NCBI GenBank assembly: GCA_013239625.1
Contig: MU053810.1
Span: forward strand, 2,553,518 to 2,617,517
DNA from: Lama guanicoe
Taxonomy: Eukaryota
Reading direction: 5' to 3'
Length of the DNA: 64,000 bases
A model generated the notes under the pieces. That model was not told the DNA's origin, made no database searches, and saw only the letters and a list, made by a program, of their open reading frames with translations. Positions 16,108 through 28,143 of this stretch are shown piece after piece. Numbering within the stretch: position 1 is the first letter of the stretch; every line of letters starts with the position of its first letter. A program made the position numbers and the translations under genes.

Positions 16108-18430
16108 GCTGTAGACAGCATTTGAGGAAACTGATAAGGGCAGCAGATCACAGCAGAGAGCTGTTTCAACCATAGGCATGAAAGGATATGATAACCCAGA
16201 GAGAGAGGAACTAGGTGGAGACAACCATCCTATATGAACCAGGGCTTTCAGTAAAAGGATTCAGCCAACAGACAGCAAGAAGCCAGGCTGGAGCTGGAGG
16301 GTAGAAGGAACAAATGCCCTGACCTCACTGACCTCCCACCCTTCAATCTGATCCCCTCCTGCAGGTTCCTTCCATGGACTAAACCAGTTGGGAGCCAGAG
16401 TGAGGCAGTGGACCAGTGCAGACTAGCCATCCTCCTAGGGCCCTCTGCAGGGTGCAGAAAGGCAAAGAATGAACCTGCAGGGATAAGCAGAAGATATTCA
16501 GTAGATTGTCTATTCAAATTCATAAAACCAGCTAGTGGATATGAAAGAGTTCCTTATGTTTTTTCTCTATATTTGAAATAATTCACAGTAAAATTTTTAA
16601 AAGAAACTTACAGTATATTGTTATCAGGGGAAAAATACATATAGTGTAATCATACCCATATTCTGAAGGATATACTGAAAAATACAACATTATTGACTGG
16701 TTGGGGGTTAGGGAGAGTTTTTATTTTTATTTTCTTTTATTACTTTGGTATTACAATGTTTTTTAGAGGGATGGAGATTGCCAGGAAAATAACACTGCTG
16801 GCAACTGTAAGGGACGTAGAACGAAGGAGCAGCATCTCTTTGAGTAAATGGAGGAAGACTTCTGGAAAGAGGCTTAGAGCACAGGAGGCTTTGCTTATGA
16901 TGGAAGAGATTCCAGAGATCAGAGTACAACAGCTGGAAGATGAATGGGGGAAAGAGAATGTATAATAACATGGAACTCAAGCCAGAAGAGAGGATGATAC
17001 AAAGAGCTTGGATTTTGGGTGGTATCCAAACATTCAGGGGGTTATATATGAGGCAATGAAGAATTAAATACCTTCCATGTACTAAATGGAACACTGATGA
17101 AAGTTATTTTTAAACCCCAGGTGTCAGAAGCCTGACCACACTAGCAATCACTAGTCTTTGCTTAAGGCTTTATCCGGAATGTGTGTGAAAATCTTTTATG
17201 GAGCCTTCCAAAAAAAAAACCCTTTCCCATGGAGTGCCAGAACACTCAGGCCGCCTTTGATGGGGAATGAACATAGCTGAGATCAGTTCTTGGAGGCACC
17301 ACTGTAAGGTTTTCTATATGAATTCTGCAGTGTCCTAGTAGGATCTCTGTTTTTATATTGCTGAACAGATGTAAAGTTTTAACTTCAATATAAAGGTTAC
17401 AGCATAAATTCCATATGCCTTTGTAAGTTCTGTGACATGGTAAATAAAGTAAAAAACCAGCATCTACACATATGCTATAAAAGTCTCATATCAATTTTCA
17501 TCAGCAGACTAAGAGTAACGTACCAAGCATGTGCAAACATGTAATATTAGAGCTTTCCAACTCAAAAAAATACTCAGCTTTTTCTCAAACTAACAATGAT
17601 TGTATTCCTCAGAGGGCCATGAATATGTAAAGTTTGAAGTTTTTATGTCCAACTGTTCTTAAAGTTATTTGAGGGCAGAAAAAGGTCACCAGGATTTTTT
17701 AAAATCATTTTATACAAAAACAGCTGGACTGGTTTACTCTAACATCCCCCAACTATGAAATGGGAAGAAACCTGCCTTGCTTAAACCTGAACAGCATGAC
17801 AATAGTTCAGAAAGAGAGCAGGAACATTTTTCCATTGGAATGCCTTTTCAGATTTGATCATTGACGGTTATCTTTTAAAGCTGTTTCACTCTGAAGAATG
17901 TGACTTCTCATGATAAGCAAAAGTGATTTAAGAAAATAATTTTTTTCTGAAATTTAGGGTATACCAGGTAAGAGAGAAAACAGAAACTCAAAACATCATG
18001 ATTTAATTATTGCATTTACCTTTCTGACCAGTCTATACGTATCTACAGAAACTAGGAGTAAAATGTAAAGAAAGAAGCTGAAAGACTATTTTCAAAACCC
18101 AATCAAAGTTCAAACTGTTCTCACATATTTTAAGATTAATCTTTCATTCCTCATCAAAACATTTATCTTGGCTTTGGGTAGCAATCTCCTTTTAAAGTGC
18201 TCAAGTCTATATAAACGTTTAGCTGTGTGTTGTCATTGCATTCTCATAAACAAAATGATCTGAAACGTGGTATACTTGTTCATTCCAAGAGATGGACTTC
18301 TCAGACAATATACAGATTTTCACTGGCTGTAGAGAAATCTGTATATTGATATAGATAGGTATTCAATGTATTATTTAATGATGGCGGAGGGAGAGAATTG
18401 GAATGATGTCCTTGAAATTATTTGCCAGTA

Positions 18431-18594
18431 GGGGGAGGAGATAGCTCAAGTGGTAGAGTGCATGGTTAGCATGCATGAGGTCCAAGGTTCAATCCCCAGT
18501 ACCTCCTATAAAAATAAATAAACCTAATTATGCACCCCCCTGCCAAAATAGTTAAATGATACAATAATAAATAAATAAAATTTTTTTAAAAAAA
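18431..18594 (+). mobile_element. tRNA-derived SINE (Vic-1-like) with a perfect 17-bp TSD
   Basis: GAAATTATTTGCCAGTA at 18414-18430 and 18595-18611; A and B boxes present. Confidence 0.92.
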
Positions 18595-18718
18595 GAAATT
18601 ATTTGCCAGTAAAATTTAAGGGGGAACACTTAAAAATGGCTAAAATGATCAATTTTATGTTATGTATATCTTACCACAGTAAAAATGTTCAACAAAAACA
18701 CCGTGGTATACAACTTAA

Positions 18719-18784
18719 ATATATATATATATATAATATATATATACACACACATACACACATATCTATGTGTATGTGTGTGTT
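18719..18784. repeat. Compound (TA)n(CA)n(TG)n microsatellite
   Basis: atatatatatatataatatatatatacacacacatacacacatatctatgtgtatgtgtgtg. Confidence 0.9.
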
Positions 18785-20793
18785 TTATTCGTCAACCATA
18801 CTTTAATAAAGCTGGGGGGTGAAATTCAAAGGGGAAATACCAGGAAAATATGAGACAGACGTTCACATACATTAAAGGAGTTCTGGTACTGCCTTGAATA
18901 ACTAATGCAGCTGCATCCAGCTCTTTGATTATGGTGTGGCAGATCTGTATATCTCACGCTCAGCAAAACAGCAAACCTGAAATGACCAGTGACTATAAGA
19001 AAAGAAAGCAGGCCACCCATCAGGTTTCATAGTAATGAAGTGTGTAATTCATAGTAATGTAGTCACTGAAAGAGGAAAAGGAATACTTGCTAATTTTTAA
19101 TTTCAAGAGTTGAGACGTATCTATTACCCCAGGATAACAAATTTTAAGAAAGGAAGGGACCATTTTTACAAATAAAGAATATTGATCCCAGGTGAGAATA
19201 AAGGATTTGCCCTGAATCACATATGCTACTCTAAGCCAGGGGTCTCAGTCACTGAGTCAGCAAATGTGTATTTAGCGCCTAATACGTGCCAGGCGTTGTG
19301 CATTTTTGGGACTATGAGGACGACTAGCGCCCGTGGCCCCGGGTCTCATGGGAGAGCATGTCAAGCAGGGTGACAGACCTAGCTGGATGACCACTGAGCT
19401 GTGTGATGAGTGCAGTAATACGAGTGTGCACTCACATCCCTGGCCATGCAGAGAGTGATGAGCTCTGTCTCCAGGATTCTTTATGAGAAGAGAAGAAGAG
19501 AATTCATAGAGGTTACCATTCAACCAGATCTCCATTCACTGGGTGAACCAGGAAGGAAAAGGAGGCATCAAACAGCAAAAGTTCAGTGTCGCTGTTGCAC
19601 TCAGGATGAGGGCATCTGGGATGGGTGGGAGGAAATGATAGAAAAAACATGCAGCTCGGAGGGAAGGCAGGATTCCAGATGTCTAATGACTTTGTCCTAA
19701 ATCATGTAGGTTTTATTCTGGAAGCCAGAAAAGCAAGACATTGAAGCCAGGGATAGGAGTTGTGTTTTAGAAAGGTAACACTCACTCACAGTGGGCTGGA
19801 GGATGGATTATAAAGGAATAAACTGGAGCCCAGGAGGCCCATCACAAAGCTCTGGCAGTGGTCAAGTCACTAATTTTATTTTCCTTTCCAGCTAGGGCCT
19901 TGAGGTTGTGATTTTTTTACTCTTCTGTGTAAAGCTGAGATATCAAACTGAGGCAACTTATTGTGGCTGTTCAATCTTGACCAGTCATTGGCTTCTCTTA
20001 AGGCTTATACACCAGTCCATCCTCATACAGGATAGAGTATTTCTTTTTTTCCCTCAAATACATCAAAATTCACTCCTGTCTTCATCTTGGACTTTCCTAG
20101 CATGTATAGAAAGGTAGATATAGGGGAACAAAGAGTACATGGGTTTGCATCTGGATGTATAGATCTCCAAGGCATCTGTGAAGCATGAAGCCATAGAAAG
20201 AATCAAATCACCCAGGGAAATACACAACCAAGAAGGGAAGAAGCTGAAAGAGTGGACAGAGTACATGAAGCTAGCAAAAGAAATTAATGAAGAGCATGCC
20301 AAGATATCTGACGCCCACCTGGTATGATTCATAAGAGTAGCCATAGGTGTGAAAGTTTCCAAAGATATACCTAACAGACAGGTTACCTATATGTAACCCA
20401 AAATTCAGCTGCCTGGCTACCCCTAAATCCTTCAGTCATGCAGAGTCAGTCTGTACTTCAAGATTAAAATTAGCTTGTAGACGTGCACATTGGCTGGTAC
20501 AGCCTGTCTAGAGGGTAACTTGACAGTAGTGACTGAAATTTTAACCACACCTATATTTGTCCTAGCAATTCAACTCTTAGGGATTTATCCTATAAACATA
20601 TTAGCACAAAAACAGGTTTTTTTAATTTTAAAATATTGTAAGTTAAGTATATCTCAATAAAAAATAAACTGACAATTTTTAATTAAAAAACAGCACATTT
20701 GCAAAATTATATAAGCACAAGGATACTTATTATAGCTTTATTTGTAAGTAAAATATTAGAAAATCTAAGTTTCCTTTAAAAAAAAATTAAATA

Positions 20794-21193
20794 GGCTGTA
20801 GCCAGCAGTGGACGAGATGTTCCCAGAGGGCACCAGGCCCTATGTGGACCTGGACAAGGCAGGAGGCAGCACCAGGTTCCTGATGGACTTGACAGCCAAT
20901 GAAAAGGCAGTTCATGCCGACTTTTGTAATGATTTTGATGACGATGACATCGAGTGACATGTGTCCGGCTGTGCATCTGGTCAAGCTCTTGTCACCTGGT
21001 GGTGTTGTGGGTCTCCTCAAAGGACAGTTTCAGATGGTTCCAGAGAACTTGTGGAAATCACTTGAAATTAGGAGACGGTTGACCAAGAAAGAGAAGGATG
21101 ATTTTAACATCTGGATGGGGCCTGTTGCTCTCTGAATATGACCAGCCTCTGTCCTTAACTTCAATTAAAAGAAGTGACGTCATCAAAAACAGG
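20794..21193 (+). pseudogene. COPS9: COPS9 (CSNAP/MYEOV2) processed pseudogene
   Basis: 20802-20957 translates [51 protein letters not shown], matching COPS9 as recalled ([57 protein letters not shown]). The start has decayed to CTG-TAG. ATTAAA at 21164-21169, short A tail, TSD ATTAAATA (20786-20793, 21194-21201). Confidence 0.92.
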
Positions 21194-21687
21194 ATTAAAT
21201 AAATGATGGTACTTCTCCTTTAAAAGACATATTGTTCATTTATTTTGAATCTTATATTGCTAGATAATCCCAGAAGATTTCAGCCTAGCAGATAAAACAC
21301 AGCAAATCCTAACCAGCCAGATTTTAGTGACAAGCAGGCCCATTCCATGGACATAGATGTCTTCATCAGGTAATTACGTTTTTCTTTTCCTAGGTGTTTT
21401 CACTTCTTTACTGTGACACCTTCAGGTTAGAGATTTAAAGGCTTCTATGTGGTATGAGGTGCTACTGGGGAGTTACTGCACAGCACTTCCGTGGCATGGA
21501 ATAGTATTTGGTATAGAAGATGGAGGCTAGTTAGCTGCAGCAGAATGAACATTTTCTTTAAGAACAGCAGGAAAGAACAGTGTGAGCCTAGAGATAACCT
21601 CTATGGCACAGTGGGTCACAGTATGTGACCTTACTAGTCATACTAATTTAGCCTTACTAGTTTGTCCCTTCAAAGTAGCCTGTATGG

Positions 21688-23902
21688 CCATACTACCCTA
21701 AGCAATCTGCAGATTTAATATAATTCCTATCAAAATATCCAAGACATTTTTCACAGAACTAGAACAAATAATCGTAAAATTTATATAGAATCACAAAAGA
21801 CCCAGAATTTCCAAAGCAATACTGAAGAAAAAGAATGAAGCTGGAGGAATAACAGACTTCAGACTTCAGACTTCAGACACTACTACAGAGCTACAGTAAT
21901 CAAAACAGCATGGTATGGGCACAAAAACAGACATCTGGATCAATGGAACAGAATAGAGAGCCCAGAAATAAACCCACACACCTATCGTCAATTAATTTTC
22001 GACAAAGGAGGCAAGAATATACAATGAGAAAAGACAGCCTCTTTGCCAAGTGGTATTGGGAAAGCTGGACAGCTGCATGTAAATCAATGAAGTTAGAATA
22101 CTCCCTCACACTACACACAAAAATAAACTCAAAATGACTTAAAGGCCTAAACATAAGACAAGATACTATAAACCTCCTAGAAGAAAACACAGGTAAAACA
22201 TTCTCTGGCGTAGATCTTAGCAACGTTCTCCTAAAGCAGTCTACCCAGGCAATAGAAATAAAAGCAAAAATGAACAAATGGGACCTAATTAAACTTACAA
22301 GCTTTTGCACAGCAAAGGAAACTCTAAACAAAATGAAAAGACAACCTACAGAATGGGAGAAAATATTTGCAAATGATGCAACTGACAAGGGCTTAATTTC
22401 CAGAATATACAAACAGCTCATACAACTCAATAACAAACAAACAAACAAATAACCTAATCCAAAAAATGGGCAGAAGACTGATACAAGCATTTCTTCAATG
22501 AAGACATACAGTGGCCAATAGGCACATGAAAAGATGCTCAGTAGCACTAATTATCAGAGAGATGCGAACCAAAACTACAGTGAGATGTCACCTCACACCA
22601 GTCAGAATGGCCATCATTAAAAAGTCCATAAACAATAAATGCTGGAGAGGGTGTGAAGAAAAGGGAACCCTCCTACCCTGTTGATGAGAATGTAGTTTGG
22701 TGTAGTCGTTATGGAAAACAGTATGGAGATTTTTTTTAAAAACTAAAAATAGACTATATGAGCCAGCAGTCTCACTTCTGGTAATATATCAAGAGGAAAC
22801 TCTAAATTCGAAAAGATACATGCACCCCAATGTTCACAGCAGCACTATTTACAATAGCCAAGACATGAGAGTAGCCTAAATGTCCACTGACAGGTGATTG
22901 GATAAAGACGTTGTGATATGTACAATGGAATACTGCTCAGCCATGAAAAAAGAACAAAATAATGCCATTTGCAGCAACATGGATGGACCTGGAGATTGTC
23001 ATACTAAGTGAAGTAAGCCAGGAAGAGAAATAAAAATACCATGCAGTGTCACTTATATATGGAGTCTTAAAAAAGGCACAAATGAACTTCTTTACAAAAC
23101 AGAAAAAGACTCACAGACATGGAAAACAAACTTATGTTTCGTCTTTTACCAAGGACCTGCCAACATGGGCCATGTTCACACCAAAACCATGGGGAAGGTG
23201 GCCCAGGCCATCACTGAGACGTAGTAAACATTCCTGTGCAACAAATTCCACATCAACACACATGTGTGCAAGGAGATCGCCGTTATTCCCAGCAAGAAGT
23301 TCTGCAACAAGATAGCAGGCTGTGTCACATATCTGATGAAGCTGATTCAGAGAGACCCAGCGAGAGGTACCCCATCAAGCTGCAGGGAGAGAGAGAGAGG
23401 GATAATCATGTTCCTGAGGTCTCAGCCCTGGATCGGGAGATCAGTTGAAGTAGATCCTGACACTAAGGAAATGCTGAAGCTCTTGGACGTTGGCAGTCTG
23501 TCCAACCTGCAGGTCACTTAGCCTATGGTTACAATGAATTTCAAACCACCATGTGGAGCTGTTTGAATCTTTCTGCCATGGTTTAATATTTTCAGTAAAT
23601 CTCAACAACCAAAGGGGAAGAGGAAGAGGAAGAAGGAGAAAGAAAACAAACTTTTGGTTATCAGAGTGGAAAAGGGACAGAGGGATAAATTAGGAGTTTG
23701 GAATTAGCAGATACAAACTACTATATATAAAATAGGTAAACAACAAGGTCCTGCTGTATAGCACAGGGAACTATATTTAATACCTTATAATAGCCTATAA
23801 TGAAAAAGAATGTGAAAATGAATATAAATATAACTGAATCACTATGCTGTAAGTCAGAAATTAACACAACATTGTAAACCGACTATAACTCAATTTAAAA
23901 AA
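21688..23902 (+). mobile_element. 5'-truncated LINE-1 (ORF2 C-terminal part, 3'UTR, poly(A)), interrupted by the RPS17 retrocopy
   Basis: ORF2-like peptides (MNKWDLIKLTSFCTAKET..MKRQPTEWEKIFAND) and an L1 3'UTR ending in an A run at ~23897-23906. Degenerate TSD aaagtagcctgtatgg / aaaacaacctgtaagg. Confidence 0.92.
23136..23641 (+). pseudogene. RPS17: RPS17 processed pseudogene inserted in an L1 3' region
   Basis: TOP-like 5'UTR gtttcgtcttttaccaaggacc and ATG 23165. Recognisable peptides include [41 protein letters not shown] and [23 protein letters not shown], with stops and frameshifts. Stop-position TGA at 23564-23566. TSD GAAAACAAACTT(A/T)T at 23122-23135 and 23642-23655. Confidence 0.93.
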
Positions 23903-24823
23903 AAAACAACCTGTAAGGTAGAAGGATCATAATTCATATAGTTGGATCTTATTCTTTTCTTCTTTATTGAGAAAAGCTATTACTAAATAGATCTTAAGTA
24001 TGAAATATCAGTTACAATCATATCTGGTTATCATTTCTAACTGGTTTACTAATACAGTAACTTGTGGACTGAGGCAAGTTCTACACACCTGAAGTAAAAC
24101 AAGGGTGTCATAATTAGAAGTGATGTTATTTCTGACCACAAAATACTATGCAGCCAAAATTTAAAAGAAAAATAAAACCTCTCTATGTGGAGATATTAAA
24201 AGAAATACACGACGTATCATTATGTGAAAAAAAAGTTGTGCAGAAAATTGAGGAGAAACATAATGTATAAACTCACCTGTTTATAAAAAATGCTTGCGAT
24301 ATCTCTTGAAGGATATTCAAGAAGCTGATAACTGTGGAAGCCTGAATAGCTAGGAAACTGAGGAAAGAATAATGCTTATTTTTCACTGTATACCTTTTTT
24401 TCCTTTTTGAATTTTATGCCATGTGTACATAGTTATCAGTTCAAAAAATAAAGAATAAGCAATCACATAAGTTTTTTTTAAGCAAGAAGACATTTACAAA
24501 GGAGATGAAGGAAAAAGATTTTTATTAAAATGTCTCCCTGTCCCCTCCTGTGTACAGGGGGAAATCTAGTGTCCCTTGCAATATCCCCAAGGATTCTTGA
24601 GGGGAAGCAGGGATCAGCATCTCTCCTAGTCACCTCCTATTCTGCAATCATGATTTTGCTTGGTTCTTAGGCTCAACCCTGAGTCTTGCCTCTACATATG
24701 CTACACATCACTGTAAACAGTAGCAGTAGTCACTGGCTCTAACTCAGCCTATTTTTCCATTAAAGTTCCCTGTCCTGATCTTAGAGCTCTTTGCAAAACC
24801 TTCTTTAATGGTAACACAGATGG

Positions 24824-24968
24824 TGGGGAAAGGGTATAGCTCAAGTGGTAGAGCACATGCTTAGCGTACACAAGGTCCTGGGGTCAATCCCCAGTACCTC
24901 CTCCAAAAATAAGTAAATAAGTAAACCTAATTACCTCCCCTCCCCAATTTTTTTAACTGTTTTTAAAC
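24824..24968 (+). mobile_element. tRNA-derived SINE (Vic-1-like)
   Basis: gggtatagctcaagtggtagagcacatgcttagc...; tail aaacctaattacctcccc. Confidence 0.87.
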
Positions 24969-25639
24969 TAGTAACATAAATGCAGAAGTCTTTTCTACTG
25001 CTTAGTGCACAATCAAAAACTTTGATGTATTAGTCCCAGCTGCCTCCATCCCAGTGGAACCAGCAGTCAGCCACAGCCACCAAGTCATCCAAAGCTCTGA
25101 AACTACATATGACCTCTGTGAGCATCCTGTCCTTGTCCTTCACTACCTGTTCCAGAGATATGCCTTGCTGGGCATCTCTGAGGTGTGACCAAGTCACACA
25201 TCAAAGTCCTCAACTCTTGTCCTGTTCCAGCATCCACAGTTTCTGGCAGCACATGGCCTCCTCCAGGGCTTCCACTCCTTGTCCAGCTGCCTGCCCTACA
25301 GTGTAAGCCCAGCCTGTAGGGGAGGCTCTCCCAGAACATGCAGTAGGATAAGAACATTGGACAAATCAAAGCACACCTGCCAGGGACCTTCCATTTTCCG
25401 GGAACTCTGTAGCCATAGATTTACACCCTGTTTTCCAAGATCCTGTCTCATTAGCCTCTTCTGGAATTTCTTGGTCTTGATCCCTCTAGGAAACTCACAC
25501 AATCCTGCATACATAATGCTCTCTTCTGCCTACAACTTCCCTTCTTGAACTATAGGTTCAAGGACCATCTCAAGTAGTTTCAATAAGTTCTCTGACTTTG
25601 AAGTCTTGTTAGAGAACTGAAATATCCCATGCAGTTTAA

Positions 25640-25866
25640 TTAATTTTTTTTTGGTGGCGGGCTGAGTAATTAGGTATACTTGTTTACTTTTAGAGGAGGT
25701 GCCGAGGATTGAATCCAGGACCTCGTGCATCCTAAGCATGCACTCTACCACTTGAGCTACACCCTCCCCCACTTATTTATTTATTTTTAATTGAGATACT
25801 GAGGATTAAACCCAGGACTTTATGCATGCTAGGCATTCACTCTGCCACTGAGCTATACCCTCCCCG
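25640..25866 (-). mobile_element. Two head-to-tail tRNA-derived SINEs
   Basis: Two successive reverse copies of gattgaa(c/t)ccaggacct..gcatgc..ctacca.tgagcta.accctcccc. Confidence 0.87.
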
Positions 25867-26130
25867 CAGATTTTGTGTTCTAAACACCATCCCTCACTAA
25901 ATGGAAGCAAGGCTGCTTGAAGAAATAGCCAACTCCTAGTCCGAGGCAGGGAATACACAGTAAGGCTAAGATGGTGCTACCATATGCTGTGTGCCTGATG
26001 AAGTAAAATTCAAGACTTTTCCTGGGTAAAGAAGCAAATAGCATATGTGCAGTTTATTGTATGTCAATTTTACCTCAGTAAAGTTGTTTTTTTAATTAGG
26101 AGGAAGGAGCAGGAAGAGAACTGTATAACT

Positions 26131-28143
26131 CAATAGTTCTTAAAGTGTAGTCTGGAAATCTTGAGAGACCCCAAGATCGTCTCAGAGGATCTGCAAGGTC
26201 AAAGCTATTTTCATAATATTACTAAAATGTCATTTGCCTTTTTCCCACTACTTCCATTTACATTGATGTTACAAAAGCAAAGGTGGATAAAAATGCTGGC
26301 CACTTAGCACCAACCTGTACTGGTATTCATTGTATTCCTTATTATTATGCACTCACAGTAAAAACAAAAAACAAAATTTTAAAAGATAGATAATGGGTAA
26401 AAATAAAGCCACTTTTACTTAAAATCATTATACTAAATCTCAACCCTCACTATACATATTTTAAAATATTTTATGTGACTAAATGGAAATAAAACACTTC
26501 TGCTTCATACCCGAGTAGGATGGTTTCCTCAAAGGAAAGCACTTGTGTGATTTGTTTGAGGCCTGAGCCGAACCAGCAGCTTTTTCATAGAACACCATTT
26601 TTACTTTTGACAGACGTACTATGATTATTTTGACTTGGGTATCTGGCACATTTTCTCAAACATAAATGAAGTGAGCCTGTCACTTGAAGGAAAACAACTG
26701 ACAGTGTTGGTTGCCAGTGATAAAATATGAGCTTTTAAGTGAATATTAGAATTTTGGAAAACTTCTAGCAGCCATTGTAAGCTTAACAGTTTCCCAATAT
26801 GTAAGGGTTTTCTGATGAGACCAAGGGTGATAATAACAATAGGATTATTTTAATGTTGTTTAAAGAAGTGTGTTAACATCTGGAAGATCTGCACAATTCA
26901 ATGGACCAGTATTTCCCCTAGGACCAATGCAACAGGTGACAAAATTATGTACGGGTAAAAGATCCATTCAAAATGCAAAATAGATCAATTTTTTTTGTTT
27001 TGTTTTGTTTTTTTATTGCTTTTTGGTTGTTTTTATTGAAATGCTTGTTGTCTCTTTTTTTTCTGCACTTTATTTTTTTTAGTTTACATATATCTACTGA
27101 TCATTGTTTCTTTTTATTTTTTTTAATTCTTTAATGGAGGTACTGGGGATTGAACTCAGGACCTCGTGCATGCTAAGCATGTGCTTTACCACTGAGCTAT
27201 CCCCACCCCCTGATTATTGTTTCTAGGAACAGATTAGAGCCTTAGCTTTTTAAACTTACATAGTTATCAAAGCCAACCGCAAAATAAGAACCAACAGAAT
27301 GTGGTAATCCAATCATAAAAGACAGTCAAATGTGCTTAAACATTCAAGAAATCAATCATCTAAGTTATAAATAGTAAGTAGTCCATTTGTGTCCTTTTTA
27401 TTTTTTAGATTCCACATATAAGTGATACCATATGGCATTTTTCTTTCTCCTTCTGGCTTACTTCACTTAGAATGACGATCTCCAGGTCCATCCATATTGC
27501 TGCAAATGGCATTATTTTATTCTTTTTTATGGCTGAGTAGTGTTCCATTGTATATATATATGTACCATATCTTCTTTATCCAGCCATCTGTTGCTGGATA
27601 TTTGGGTTGTTTCCATGTCTTGGCTATTGTATATAGTGCTGCTGATCAATGGGTTTGATGTAATTTAAGACTCTTCTCTACAACTAAATATTAAGAAACT
27701 ACCATTTGTCACGTTTTGATGTGGTAGCAAAGAATAATATCTATGATTATCTAAAAAGGCTACTAAAATACTCATTCATTTTCCAAGTACTTCAACCAAA
27801 ACAATACATTGCAACAGATTGAATGCAGTAGCAAATATGAGAATCCAGTGCCCTCTATTAGACCAGATAGTAAGGAGATCTACAAAAATGTAAAACAACA
27901 TGACTCTTCTCACCAAATCCTTTTTATTTTGGAAGATATAGCTGTTTTCATAAAATATATTTTATTTACATTAACATGTATAGGGTTTATTATTGTTATT
28001 TTTAAATGAACTAATGAATATACATTTTTTAAGTTTCTCTATTTTAATTTCTAATATAATAAATATAAACAGGACCCCCAAAATAAAATTTCAGTAATTT
28101 TTAAGAGTAAAAAGGGATCCTGAGGCCAGTTTGAGAACTGCTG
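26131..28143. mobile_element. hAT Charlie1-like DNA transposon with nested retro-insertions
   Basis: Imperfect TIRs caatagttcttaaa / tttgagaactgctg; 8-bp flanks gtataact / gcttaact (6 of 8 match). Confidence 0.72.
27111..27210 (-). mobile_element. tRNA-derived SINE (Vic-1-like)
   Basis: ggaggtactggggattgaactcaggacctcgtgcatgctaagcatg; TSD ctgat(c/t)attgtttct. Confidence 0.88.

Noticed and set aside
21900..22547. 215-aa hydrophobic minus-strand ORF
   Set aside because: Antisense reading of L1 ORF2 sequence.
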